NCBI GenBank assembly: GCA_964016885.1 | Contig: OZ024740.1 | Location: 331,700,001-331,764,000, forward strand | From: Eledone cirrhosa | Taxonomy: Eukaryota | DNA: 64,000 nt | Direction: 5' to 3' | Shown: one piece after another, positions 13,484 through 28,178 of the stretch | Layout: each line of letters begins with the position of its first letter | How positions within the stretch are numbered: position 1 is the stretch's first letter | Translations under genes and position numbers: made by a program | Notes under the pieces: generated by a model | The model's database searches: none | Told to the model about the DNA's origin: nothing | Seen by the model: the letters and a program-made list of their open reading frames with translations, nothing else

Positions 13484-13714
13484 GTGGCGATTGGTAGCAT
13501 GGATATTACACTTGGCATGTGTTGCTTAGGAAGAAAGGTCAGACTTTCACTGATAGAGGAGCCTCCAGCTTTTATCCATATACTGCTTACAGACCGTACT
13601 AACGAAGCTAAACACTTCAGAAGCAATGTTATGCGGTGTATTGCTGCGTTTCAGATCATACTGGCTACGGTTATTTCACAACATTTAAATTCCAAAGCCA
13701 ATGCTACCATTTAA
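13484..13714 (+). pseudogene. Helitron Rep/helicase N-terminal fragment
   Basis: GMCCLGRKVRLSLIEEPPAFIHILL...KHFRSNVMRCIAAFQ matches the Helitron pattern CC..GKV.L....PP..L..LL.....F..NIR.YN.AF. Confidence 0.7.
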
Positions 13715-14046
13715 TCGGCAGTTTACTCTCCCAGCCTAATAAGGTAGTTTTATGACTTTTTTTATTTTCTCTCATACAGTCCCACCTTATATTACGAACC
13801 AGACAACATTACAGTCTTACCTAATACTACTAACCAGACAACACATCCAATACAGTGGTTTTCTCTTTTATCCGCCTTCTCTTAACTGTTCTCCCGGACG
13901 AAGCCGGGCACCCCAGATAGTATCAAATATAACTAATATTTACATAAGGCGCCTTGTGCTTTTGAAAGTTGTACGAATTATTCTAACTCTCTTTACCACT
14001 CTTCGTCTCACCCTCACTATCTTTCTCTTTTTTCATTATAGTATTT

Positions 14047-14100
<54 letters not shown>

Positions 14101-14104
<4 letters not shown>

Positions 14105-14607
14105 TAAACGGAATAGAAAATGCTGACAAATTGTTCACAGTGAAAAATAGTTTAATTAGGAATAAGTGAGAATTAGTAATTGTATTGGTTAGTATTCAGT
14201 TTTGGTTTTAAGTTTTACCGGTTGCGCATTTCTAATGCTTTTCAAAAATAATTTTGAGATAGAGCGTCCGTGTTGTTTGCTCTGATCTGATTAGTTTTGG
14301 GAATTCTACCTGTTTTTATGTAAAAAAAAGTGGCTCCAGAGGTATTAAAATAAGTTTTGCGCCAATTCGTGTTGCAAAAATTCTTGTGGTCAAAACAATT
14401 TTGATTGGTCGGTAGAGGTCATGTGAATGTAAAAAATTGATTTTGCGCCAAATGTAGGTTTGTGTCGGCTGACTGAGAAATGACTCTTTCACAACAAATA
14501 TGTGTGTGTGTGTAGTAGTAGTAAAGTGTTCGTTGTTGTGATAATGGTCAGCAGGGATGTGTGTACGAACCGCAGCCTGTTGACAGTTCAAATGCCTATT
14601 AGGACAA

Positions 14608-14674
<67 letters not shown>

Positions 14675-16261
14675 TCGTGGTACCGGGATGGTCAGTAGGA
14701 ATGTGTCTGTAAGTGAGTGGGGGATATTTTAACATGTTAAAAGATATTTTTCAGCTCTGTCTTATACGGAGAAGTGTATGTGTGTGTGTGTGTGTGTATG
14801 TCTCTTTGTATGTTAATGTACGCGTGTGTATGTGTGTGTGTATATATATATGTGTGTGTGTGTGTGTGAGAATGTGTGTGTGTGTGTGTGTGTGTGGGTG
14901 GACCAGTATTTTTTTTCCTGGTAAATATTGTACATTATTCGATATTTTCAGTAAAATCGATTCTCTCAATAGAACATCAAAAACCTTAATAATAAAAGGT
15001 GTGAAATGATATATAGTATTGGCATAATACCAAGGTGTGTGTGTCCAGATTGTACGTACTGAAAGGGGGATCCCTTAGGCCTTGCCGTATTGGAATACCT
15101 GTGCACAAATATGTATCTGGAGTGTGTCCAGAAATTGTATACCTGTGCACAAATTGTATACTTGTGCACAAATTGCACACATGTATGTGGAGTGTGTCCA
15201 GAAATTGTATACCTGTGCACAAATATGTATCTGGAGTGTGTCCAGAAATTGTATACCTGTGCACAAATTGTACACTTGTGCACAAATTGTACACATGTAT
15301 CTGGAGTGTGTCCAGAAATTGTATACCTGTGTACAAATATGTATCAGGAGTGTGTCCAGATTGCACGTACTGCAAGGGGAATTCATTAGGCTTTGCTGTA
15401 TTGGAATACCTGTGCACAAAAATGTATGTGCCCATCAGTGTGCAATGCATGTGTGCGTTTATGTATGTGTGTGTATCGGCACGTTTATATCTATAGACAT
15501 CAAAAGGTATACAAATTTGTGAATATTTCTGTTGCCCCATAGAACATGTGTGTTTACGTATGTCATTGTGTTTATATGTGGGTAGAGATGTGTGCTGGTG
15601 TAGGTATGTATGTTGACGTGTGTATGTTGTGGGTTCGTCTTAGGGAGAAGTGTTTAGATGGAGTCCGTATTTGTTAATAAAGTAAGATTCCTTGCTGATG
15701 TGCTGGGTGTGGGTGGCATTATCTTTAAATTTGTAGAGAGGAAAGATTCTGAAGTTGGGATGATTTTGGGCAGCACAGGTATCAATGTGTTCACTCAGTG
15801 GTAAATTCCTGTATTCCCGTATTTTAATTTGGGATCTATGGACAGTAATGGGTTGGCGGAGACTGTCTGGCCTATGTGTTGTTCTCGACAACCTGAGCAA
15901 GTTAATACATATATTAGATTTTCTGATGCACATGTGAAATTGTGTTTTACTATAAAACGTTGTCCTTCTTTGAAATAGAATTCCGAACCCTCTATTAGGT
16001 TGATGCAAATGCCACAGTTGGGTCTATCGCATTATTTTACTGTGGGTTTCGTTGTTGTGGTTGGCAGTACTCTGGCATGTGTTAGGATGTTTTTCATTGA
16101 CTTAGATTGTCTTTTGCTCTTTATGATATCGTGTGTTCGTAGGATTTGGTTCATTCTATGGTCCTTTTTCAACACAGGGATGTTCTGGAGGATGGTGTCA
16201 AAGGCCTCATTGTTGAGGGGGTTGTGTGTGGATATGTATGGAAGAGCTTTTAGTTTCGGTT
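14101..16261 (-). mobile_element. 5'-truncated Neptune-type PLE (GIY-YIG plus long 3' UTR), left arm of a ~2-kb inverted pair
   Basis: Minus strand encodes CDRPNCGICINL...FTCASENLIYVLTCSGCREQHIGQT; reverse complement of 16455-18216 plus an extra ~15411-15826 segment. Confidence 0.88.
15090..15420. repeat. Minisatellite inside the PLE 3' UTR (unit ~43-64 bp); inverted copy ~16930-17200
   Basis: Repeated atacctgtgcacaaatatgtatctggagtgtgtccagaaattgt. Confidence 0.9.
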
Positions 16262-17481
16262 AAAATTAATATTCCCTACAACTTAGCCAAGAGAATCTGT
16301 ACTATAGTCTCCAATAAAAACACCTGCTAATTACGGCTACAAGAACTAAAGGACACACTCATAGGCAGGGACTACCCTGCATCACTAATTGACAATGGAA
16401 TCCAACGTGCCCTAAAACTCAGTACCCAGAACCTTAGACACCCTAAAGTAAATCAACCGAAACTAAAAGCTCTTCCATACATCTCCACACACAACCCCCT
16501 AAACAATGAGGCCTATGACACCATCCTCCAGAACATCCCTGTGTTGAAAAAGGACCATAGAATGAACAAAATCCTACGAACACATGATATTATAAAGAGC
16601 AAAAGACAATCTAAGTCAATGAAAAACATCCTAACACATGCCAAAGTACTGCCAACCACAACAACGAAACCCACAGTAAAAGAAATGCGATAGACCCAAC
16701 TGTGGCATTTGCATCAACCTAATAGAGGGTTCGGAATTCTATTTCAAAGAAGGACAACGTTTTATAGTAAAACACAATTTCACATGTGCATCAGAAAATC
16801 TAATATATGTATTAACTTGCTCAGGTTGTCGAGAACAATACATAGGCCAGACAGTCTCCGCCAACGCATGACTGTCCATAGATCCCAAATATATTCCAAT
16901 ACGGCAAAGCCTAATGAATTCCCCTTGCAGTACGTGCAATCTGGACACACTCCAGATACATATTTGTACACAGGTATACAATTTCTGGACACACTCCAGA
17001 TATATGTGTACAATTTCTGCACAAGTGTACAATTTGTGCACAGGTATACAATTTCTTGACACACTCCAGATACATAGTTGTGCCCAGGTATTCCAATACG
17101 TCAAGGCCTTACAATCTGGACACACTCCAGATACATAGTTGTGCACAGGTATACAATTTCTGGACACACTCCAGATACATATTTGTGGACAGGTATTCAA
17201 ATACGGCAAGGCCTAAGGGATCCCCCTTTCAGGCAAGTACAATCTGGACACACACACACCTTGGTATTATGCCAATACTATATATCATTTCACACCTTTT
17301 ATTATTAAGGTTTTTGATGTTCTATTGAGAGAATCGATTTTACTGAAAATATCGAATAAAGTACAATATTTACCAGGAAAAAAATACTGGTCCACCCACA
17401 CACACACATTCTCACACACACACACACATATATACACACACACATACACACGCGTACATTAACATACAAAGAGACATATAC

Positions 17482-17527
<46 letters not shown>

Positions 17528-17650
17528 ACACACACACACACTTCTCCGTTTAAGACAAGAGCTGAAAAATATCTTTTAACATGTTAAAATATCTCCCACT
17601 CACTTACAGACACATTCCTACTGACCATCCCTCTACCACGAATTACTCTG

Positions 17651-17702
<52 letters not shown>

Positions 17703-18251
17703 CTTAATAGGCATTTGAACTGTCAACAGGCTGCGGTTCGCACACACATCCCTGCTGACCATTATCAAAACAACGAACACTTTACTACTACTACTACACA
17801 CACACACACACACACATATTTGTTGTGAAAGAGTCATTTCTCAGTCAGCCGACACCAAACTACATTTGGCGCAAAATCATTTTTTTACATTCACATGACC
17901 TCTACCGACCAATCAAAATTATTTTGACCACAAGAATTTTTGCAACACGAATTGGCGCAAAACTTATTTTAATACCTCTGGAGCCACTTTTTTTTACATA
18001 AAAACAGGTAGAATTCCAAAAACTAATCAGATCAGAGCAAACAACACGGACGCTCTATCTCAAAATTATTTTTGAAAAGCATTAGAAATGCGCAACCGGT
18101 AAAACTTAAAACCAAAACTGAATACTAACCAATACAATTACTAATTCTCACTTATTCCTAATTAAACTATTTTTCACTGTGAACAATTTGTCAGCATTTT
18201 CTATTCCGTTTACCAATATATCATAACTTGTGTGTTACGCCTCTATTCTTT

Positions 18252-18255
<4 letters not shown>
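16262..18255 (+). mobile_element. 5'-truncated Neptune-type PLE (RT thumb, linker, partial GIY-YIG, 3' UTR), right arm
   Basis: NIPYNLAKRICTIVS...DYPASLIDNGIQRA...LPYISTHNP...CDRPNCGIC...LIYVLTCSGCREQYIGQT with a stop and frameshift; internal deletion at ~16890; ends at (TA)n. Confidence 0.88.
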
Positions 18256-18300
<45 letters not shown>

Positions 18301-18432
18301 AGATAAATCTACCAAGAGTTTACGGTAGTGTCCAATCCGTATGAAGAACTCAATGTATTCCGGATATCATGGAAAGAAGAGATGTAATGAAAAATCACTT
18401 TCGGTGAGAGATAAACGGAATACAGAGTCAAG

Positions 18433-18798
18433 ATAAAATATTAAACAAATAATGAATAAAACAATGAAACAGTTCCTTATATTAAACAAAAAAAGTTCAT
18501 TATTTAACGATCGTTTCTAGGATATATATGTGTTAGAATTGGCATGCATATTCAACAGATCTATGTACAAAATTATACAAAATTATACAAACTATCAAGA
18601 TTAAATATACATACCAACACATATATATGCCGTCTTCAGAAATAATGAAATATATTTATTGATAATAACAACAATTCAAAATTTCAGGTCCGTTTGGGAA
18701 CTGAGTTCAAAATTGACCAATGAAAATACAAAAAGTTTTATGCAGTTTGGTGTGTGTATATACATGTAACCAACCCCGTACACATATTTATACAAAGA
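18433..18798 (-). repeat. 366-bp PLE-type terminal repeat, left arm; near-perfect inverted copy at 21594-21959
   Basis: Direct reverse-complement match over 366 bp. Confidence 0.95.
18496..18649 (-). ncRNA. Type I hammerhead ribozyme with ~115-nt helix II domain
   Basis: ttcattattt CTGAAGA [long rod] GAAA CGATCG TT aaataatgaa: 10-bp helix I, palindromic ACGATCGT helix III, GUU site. Confidence 0.82.
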
Positions 18799-19260
18799 TA
18801 TATGCTCAACATGCATACGCTTGCCAAAAAGATGTATGCAAATACAAAAAATTTAAGGCTAATGTCTCTGTAAGTTTATAATCCACAGATAAAATGCGTA
18901 TAGACACATAAATATGAAATAAGTGTATACACATATTCTCATATTCACCCATATCCATACACTCACACACACGCGCGCGTATATGCATAAACATACACAT
19001 AATTACGAACATACATACACACACACACCCCCACACACATATATATGTGGATATAATATTATCATAAGCACATGGATATTAATTCACTCACATAAACACT
19101 GCCACACACATTTAGATCAAGATACAGAAATTAGGTGGGAGGGGGGGAGAGGTCAGTATTCAACTGTTTGGGCAGACTGCTTATTTATAGATGTATCTAT
19201 AAACTTCGAAATAAAAAGAAAAGAAAAGAAAAAGAAAAAAGAAAAAAGAAATATATCAAG

Positions 19261-19330
<70 letters not shown>

Positions 19331-19828
19331 TACACACATCTACATATACAACACACACACACACACATATATAAACATATACATATATATATATACACAC
19401 ATACATATATATATATACATATATATATATACATATATATACACACATATATACACATATATACACACACACATATATAGACACGCATATATATACACAT
19501 ACACGCACAAATACATACACATACATACTTATATACATACAGACATACACATACATACATATATATACACACATATACATACAGACATACATACATACAT
19601 ACACACATACACACATACATACACACACATACATACTCATACATATACATAGATATATATTCACCCACACATACGTACTTATATATACGCATATATACAA
19701 ATACTTACGCATCCATATAACGGTATATACATACAAAACACCACTACACTTTCACACAACTCAGACATACAAAGAAAAAGGTATATACATATACACATAT
19801 ACACATACAAATAGAGATACATATACAC

Positions 19829-19861
<33 letters not shown>

Positions 19862-21297
19862 CATACATATATACAAATACACACGCATCCATATATGCAT
19901 ATATACATACAAACACCACTACACTCTCACACAACTCAGACATACAAAGAAAAAGGTATATACATATACATATATACACACATTAATAGAGATACATATA
20001 CACATATATATATATATATACACATATATTTATATATATACCCACACACTCATACAACCATAAACACACATACAAAGACATACATACACACATATATATA
20101 CATATATATACACACACACACAAAAACACGCATACACATATATATTTTTACACTTACATATACATATATATACACATACACACCTTCACATATATACATA
20201 TACACATAAGTTATATTATAATAATAAATAATATATATATATACACATACGAATATATATATATATACACACATAGATATACATATTTATATATACACAC
20301 ACACACACACACTCACATATATATGTGCGCACGCGTACATATATACACATACACACATATAGACATAAACATATACATGTGCATACATGTACATACACAC
20401 ATATACCCACATAGATACGAAGATAGACATAAATATAGAGAGACATACATATACATACACATATATACATACACATACATATACACATATATATATATAT
20501 ATACACACACATACACGCCCACACATATATACACATATACACACATACATATATATATATACACACATATATACACATGCATATATACACATATATATAT
20601 ATACATATATATATACACACACAATCATACATTCTTATTTGCATGCGCATATATGTATTTTTATACTCAGATATAAACACCCAAACATATATACACCTAC
20701 CTACATATATATTCTTACATACACGCTTACAAACACAGATGATAATAGTATGGGGGAAAGGGGGGGTGGAGAAGGGGATTATAGTAAATATATGTTTCAA
20801 GAAACATAGAAAATTAATCTGTATTTGGATCTCAATATATGTTTTTACATAGTTTCAGTGTTAGGAAATGCAAGAAATAAGGCAAAATTATGCATTTCAA
20901 AATAAGTATATCATTAATTATATGTTAACTAAACCAAAGAAAGTTAACATATTGATTTCTAAGGTGTAAATTAGTTAGGTTTATAATATTTGAAGCAGAA
21001 TTTTGAAGTTAAATAGTAGTAGAGTATTAATTATAGTATAACTAAATTAAAGTTATTAACGTTATGGTATCAATATTAGGAAATGAATTTAGTAATAGGG
21101 AAAAAACAAATAAAGTATTACATCGGTAGTAGAATATAAATTAAAGGTTAACTAAATTAAAAATTATATATTAATTTCTATAGTATATGTTAATTAGGTA
21201 TATAATAAATAAAACAGATATTGTATTTTATCAATAGCAGAATATAATTATATGCAAATAGAAATCAAAATTAATACATATACATATACATATACAT

Positions 21298-21340
<43 letters not shown>

Positions 21341-21593
21341 TACATACATACACATACATATACATACATACATATACATATTTTTTCAAAAATTGCAAAG
21401 AATATATTAACTAGGTATACATCCAAAACACATCCCATTCTATGATTACATGACACTCTGCAATCCGTCTGTATTAGGATACTAATTTTAAGCCAATTAA
21501 ATTAAATTTTTAGGTTGACTAAATTTAAAACCAAATTATAAATATATTTCTAAAATGTATATTAATTAGGTCTATAATACTAAAAATTATTTC

Positions 21594-22070
<477 letters not shown>

Positions 22071-23301
22071 GTGTGTATTATGGTAGCTATGGTGTATAAT
22101 GGTTTATATTGTGTACGTATGTGTATTTTGTATGTATGTGTATGTATATATATATATATATATGTATATAAGGTTATGCGTAGGTATATGTGCGTGTGTA
22201 TGTGTGGGTATATGTGTATGTCTGTGTGTGTGTGTGTGTACACATATAGACATATGTGCGTATAAGTATGTATGTGTATGTGCGTATATACATGGGTGTG
22301 TGTATATATGTGTGTGTATACATATATGTATATGTGCATACGTGCGTGTTTGCAATGCGTGTGTATATTTGTGTGTGTGCCTATGTACACACACATATAT
22401 ATATATATATATGGTGTGTGTATCTGTCAGTGGGGGGGGAGTACGTACTCCCACATAAGACAGGGTGTGTCTATGTGTTTATATCCGGGTACATGTACTT
22501 GTGTGTAGATATATGTACAAGTGTGTGTACGTGTGTGTATGTGTGCTTATGTCTTTGGAAGTGTGTCTGTCATTGATGCCTATCCATAAGGATATGCGTG
22601 TTTGTGCGTGTGTATCCATGTATGTGTCTGAGAGTGTTTGTGTATATATGTGCTGATGTGGCCGAACGCCGATATGTGTCTTTGTATGGGTATACGTATG
22701 TGTCTGCGCGTGTGTACCCCTATGCGTGTGAGACTGTATGTATGTGGCTGGTCAGGCAGGCGCCAATAGGCATGTGGCGGTCGGTATGTGGATGTGGGTG
22801 TGCATGGGTTTGTGGAAGAAAGGGAGAGTGTGTGCGTGTATATATGTGCATGGGGGTATGTGTGTCAACACACGTATGGTACACCTGTGTATGCATGCAT
22901 GTGTGTGTGCCTGCGCGTGTGTGTGTATATGTGGGTACATACTCTGGAGTGTGAACAGACGTTTGAGATACGAAACCCAGCATGGCTCCATTGAAGTGTA
23001 TCGGACGGAAACTGGCTGATGACCCGTGTAGCAGTAAATAGTGACAAGAACTTGTGATGACGTAGAACAACAACAGCCAATGGCATGACAAGAATGGAAG
23101 ATGTTTTTAAAATGTGTTTTTTGACGATAACACCCCAGTGAGAAAATTTGCTCCGAACGAATTGCCTGTGTCCGAAGGAACCTGCAGCCGTAGAATCAGC
23201 TAGATCCATACAGTGATCATGTCTCGAGCTATCTGCCGGCGAAACAATTGTAACACGCAATAAACTGAGTCCAGATGCATCACTGATTTTTCGTTTTTTT
23301 A

Positions 23302-23340
<39 letters not shown>

Positions 23341-23439
23341 CTGTTTGCTCAATACAATGCTTGACCATTTATGTTCATTTGATGCTCGTTTCCGGCATGA
23401 AACGTTTTGAAGATCTTTAGACCGGATATACTTTTAAAA

Positions 23440-25720
23440 AGCCGTCAACATAAATTGCACATTCGTTTTAGAGCTTCTTGAAATACCTGTGTTGTTTGAT
23501 GAGCATTGAAATGTCTCCTTAGTCTACCTTGAGATTTGAAAACCATCTGACATATGTGATTGATGAAGGCGAACTCATTGCTATGTTCTATAATCAGTTG
23601 GAAGTGCTCTATTGTGTGCTCCTGTGTGAAACTGAGGTCTAGCCTCTGACAGGCAGTTTTCCCATAAACTGAACGTGTAAAAAAATTTCCAGTAATTTCA
23701 TATTCCCTTATTGGCTGTTTTTTTTTCTTCTTTGTAATCCTCTTAAATTTCACTTGCTGTCTTGCTCACAGGCTTTCACAACATCCCATATATTTGAAGG
23801 CCAGGTAGAGCGATCCATTGCGATACTTTCCAGTTTTCTTTTAATCCTACATTCTTCAATTCTTCTTCAATGCATCCTTGAACTTTTTCTTTGACTTAGT
23901 CTGTATCGTTTTTCCTTTGCAATTTTCCTGTAAAATAGTTGCTTACATATATGTTTGTCATGCTGACAGTATGTCCAGACTAGCGCCGCTGCTTTTTCAA
24001 ATATTATATACTAGGGCATCAGAATCGGGGGTGAATGAATTGAATTTTAATTTTAGAACATGGCGTAAGATTTTCGATGGAAACTTTTCAGGAGTTTAAA
24101 GTGATATTTGTAACCAAGTTTCAGAAGAGTACAGTAGAGAGGATAACACAAAAGATCGATAAATAGATATTGTTGTTTCATTCTTGATATGTCTTCGTGA
24201 CCAAACCCGAGACGCCAAACTACCAAATAGTTTTACAGCATTTTGCATCCTTGGAGATATTTTGTAATCTAATGCTCTATCCTTATTCTCTGTTCTCCCA
24301 AGATTACCTTTCACATATATTCTCGGTTGTTGCCCTACCTACTTGAGCTGGTACAGGTGGACACAAACTACCGTTTTATTTAAATTCACAGTGAAGCAAA
24401 AATATATCACATGCCGTATCAAATGCAGAAATCAACAGTTTCAATCCATGATCTCAATGACTGGCATGGCTGCAGTCCTCAGCATAGAGTAGGTCTCTTA
24501 TTAGTGAAGAGAAAACTTTGCTCTTAAATTTCATCCTTACAGAATTAAAGACATTTCATGTTTGCTTTGGAAATCGTGGTAGAAAATGGCAGCAAACTAT
24601 ATTGCAAAGAAGGTATGTGCATGAAGATCTCCCTGTTTTACATAATTCTCCCTACAAGTTAATTTCTGTCTTTCATCAACATTTAGACAAAGACCAACGA
24701 CAGGGCATGTTTATTAACGGTATCAAATGCTTTACTGAGAACAACAAAAGAATGTTAGAGAATAAGGTTCAATTGAATACATTTATCCTGCAATTGTCTA
24801 GTTGTGAAGACATTTGTTCATGTGAAAGCCACGATGTAAGTAAATCTGATACGATTCTTGGCACTATGAAATCATTTAGCCGTTCTACAAGGAGAGGTGA
24901 TAGAACCTTACCGACAGCACCCAATAGTGAAATGACCCTAACATGAACACATTGGTCTTTGGTACAGGATTTGAAAAGGGAGACCAAGATAATATCAACT
25001 CAGTCTTCTGGCATTTTCTCCTTCCTGCAGCATGTAAATTGTGTACCAGTTTTGAACCTCAATTATTGAGAAGCTCCGAAATAATTCCACCCAGAGCAAG
25101 AGACCTGTTGCTATTTAATGTGTGTACAGTAGAGGCAATATCATTCCTAGTTCCCTTTGATGCCATTTCGTCTAACATTGTGTAGCTTTTCATTGATTCA
25201 TAAATGTTTATGTTGATATTAGTAAGCATGTTAAGGGGCTCAGAGAAGTATTCCTCCCTGCGGTTCTGAATGGGGATAATATCGGTCAAGTGTGACTGAC
25301 TGACTGCAATTGATACAGGTGCTATTGAAGAGAATTGTGAACCATACACTTCTTTAATGTAGGAAGAAAATGTTCGGGTCTTTACGATATACTGCCTCTT
25401 GTTCTTGCTTCGCTTTCACTTACCATCATTGCTGCTTAATATTTCTCAAAACATTTCGCTATTCTTTTTAGTAACTTATAATTCATCACAAGAAGTTTTG
25501 TCTGTCCGTAAGTATGTTACATATTTCAAAGTTGTTATCTGTAACCCACTCATTAAATCTCTGGGACCTCATATCTACTGATGTAGATGCTACCTGTAAG
25601 ACTCTTTTATCTAAAAATATACCCAAAGATTGCTCGGTTTAATATTATCTAATGCACAACGAAAACTGTAGATAGCATGGATAGATTAGAACTTTAGTTC
25701 CAGAATGTCTAGTATGTGTT
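23440..25720 (-). mobile_element. Heavily decayed RTE (BovB-like) LINE
   Basis: Fragments ISLLGAVGKVLSPLLVERL, FGSLASRVWSRRHIKNETTISIYRSFVLSSLLYSSETW and a C-terminal C2H2-like remnant; many stops. Confidence 0.8.
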
Positions 25721-25979
25721 GTATGGATGTTTGTTTAAAGAAGACAGAAAAAGCGAAAGAGAGCTTTTGGGAGACCCCCTGGCTGTCTTTCATTTAATCT
25801 CTTTTTATTTCTGCTTTGTGGTGGTTGTGGTAGTCGTTCAGCAGTTGCTTTTGTTAGTCTGGTTGTTGCTGATGCTATTAATCATGCTGGCGCTGCTATT
25901 TTTTTTTTTTTTTGCCGTGGATTTTGTTACAACTCCTCATCTTTGTGTCGCGATTGTTGTAATGGTAGTTTGAGGAAAT

Positions 25980-26640
25980 GAGGTCCAAGTGTTGATTGCA
26001 AAGGCGACCCTCTGATTCCCTATCTTCTGTAGAAGGTATAAATCGCATAGGTGGGTTTTCTCCTCACATTGGTGACATGTATGTTTTTTGCTCTCAGTAA
26101 CCACGCGTAACTTCGCGCCGCCGGGAAGGTGAATCAGGCCTGAAAGTTTGTTAATATCCGGTTTTATTTGGAGATGTATCTAAATAGATATCCGAGTTCC
26201 CTTGTCGGGTCATCTTCACATCCAGGAAGGTTTCAATTCTTTCCAGGACAATGCAGGTTAGGATTCACGAGTTTTCTATTTCTAGCGGGATTCCAGGATT
26301 CTGAAATTGACGATTCTACTTTTCACGTTAGACGGGAGCATTACAATTTTATTCATTTTACATGGGATTACAGAGTACTTCTTTGCAAGAGCCTCAGTTT
26401 TGAAGAGCACTGAAATGGTCTAAAACTCCCTGGCGTTTGCAATGTGTTGGATGTCCGGCATGAAGCCCTTCAGATCTGCTTACATCTGCGATTGTTGGGC
26501 CAGCTCCGGCTTTTTAGACTTGATACCAATAAGAAATGTTTGTCTCGATTGCTGCCAACAGCCCTGTGGGCCCTGTTTGCCTTACCTTATTTTTATTGTC
26601 ACTTTTCTTTCGCTCATTGAGGCATACATTCAGTCTTCCT
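25980..26640 (-). pseudogene. Possible L1/Tx1-type ORF1 relic with zinc knuckle
   Basis: Manual translation LRVVTESKKHTCHQCEEKTHL resembles VVVEGR.P.C..C...GH knuckles; multiple stops. Confidence 0.4.
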
Positions 26641-27673
26641 CGTAAAAATCCATGCAGAAAAATGTCACAATTTTAGCAGCTGTTGCTGCGAATGTAATTT
26701 TGTAATTGATAACACCGCTGTTATTGATATTGTTAATGTTGATGTTGTTGCTACTGCTGTTGTCGTTGTCGTTGATGCTGCTATTATTTTTATGTTGCTG
26801 TTGCTGCTGTTGTTTTAGTTGGCGACAGTGGCGTTGTGGTGTTAGTGGCAGTGAGGACGTTTTGGGAGTTGGGGTGGAGGTGGTGTTGAATCCGAGTCAC
26901 GCTCTTGTGACTCAGATTCAACAGCAGGCCAAATGCGAAGAGGCGTGTTGCCTCCAACTTTCTTTGAAAGCTTGTGATCATGAAAATAAAAGATATAAAG
27001 TTCACATATTTCGGCCAAAACTCAAATATTATACGTCTCGTTTATATAAGACTCCTATTTATGTTTTATATCCAAAGGAAAGTCAGGCAAACAAGTGAGA
27101 ATAGAAAAAATTCACGGAGCAAAATTACACGTGATGATTGCTTGTTATACACCACCTCCGCCACCTTCAACAACAACAACATCAAAAATATTAATAATAA
27201 TACAATATGAATTGTTAACGATATACTTTCTTTGCCACTAATATGATTCCCTTCGCAGACATTCACTTCAATATTACATCAGCTACATGTTCAAAATCAA
27301 CCTTTTTTTTTCTTATTGATCCATGTAATAAAGTCAAGGTATCGTTTATAGAAATCCAATATCACTCATATGTTTCTATAATTATTCGCAACGGCATCAG
27401 TATCTAATCTATTTCACATCTTTAAGAAAAGTTGATTTCGCGAACTAATGCATAAATCCTTTGTATAATCAATCTAAGGCTCGGATAATTGTCTTTACGA
27501 AGGCTATACTGATTACAACAAATATTGTACTATCACATTATGGATCATTCCTCGTCAAGAACTATATATTTCCTGAGAAGTATATGACTATTAGATTAAT
27601 AGGAAATAAGTTATCATGTTCCATACAGTAAATGGAAGTGTATGAACAATGGCGATTATATATATACATACAT

Positions 27674-27704
<31 letters not shown>

Positions 27705-27775
27705 AATGAAGTATTTCCGTAGGAAAGGTAAAGGAAAAGAGAGTGATCTATGTAGGCTACAGAGCTTTCTAGGTT

Positions 27776-27955
27776 TGTAATAAACAACATAAGATAATTA
27801 TTTCATTTACCAGTGGTTTCTTGAAGGCAGATATTTATGTATGTCTTCATTCATCAGAAAAATAATATTATTTTTCTGATGAATGAAGACAGACATAAAT
27901 ATCTGTCTTCAAAAACCACTGGTAAATGAAATAATTATTTTATGTTGTTTATTAC

Positions 27956-27956
<1 letters not shown>
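27776..27956. repeat. 181-bp spacerless palindrome of two head-to-head hammerhead-bearing repeats
   Basis: Centre aataat|attatt at 27866/27867; arms ~90 bp with few mismatches. Confidence 0.92.
27797..27866 (-). ncRNA. Type I hammerhead ribozyme motif
   Basis: attattttt CTGATGA a tgaagaca...tgccttca a GAAA CCACTGG TA aatgaaataat; near-palindromic helix III, GUA site. Confidence 0.7.
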
Positions 27957-28015
<59 letters not shown>

Positions 28016-28143
28016 GTAAACATATATATATATTTATGCATTGTCATGCTTATGTAGATATTCGTAATCACACGCATATGTTACATATAAATGTGTGTAT
28101 ATATATATATATGTGTGTGTGTGTTTGTGTGTGTCAATGTGTG

Positions 28144-28178
<35 letters not shown>

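Noticed and set aside
15090-17200. Regularly repeated units resembling a CRISPR array
   Set aside because: No unique spacers, eukaryotic context, no cas genes; it is a minisatellite in a PLE 3' UTR
23016-23080. CTGATGA at 23016
   Set aside because: No correctly placed GAAA, and the apparent pairing would sequester the core
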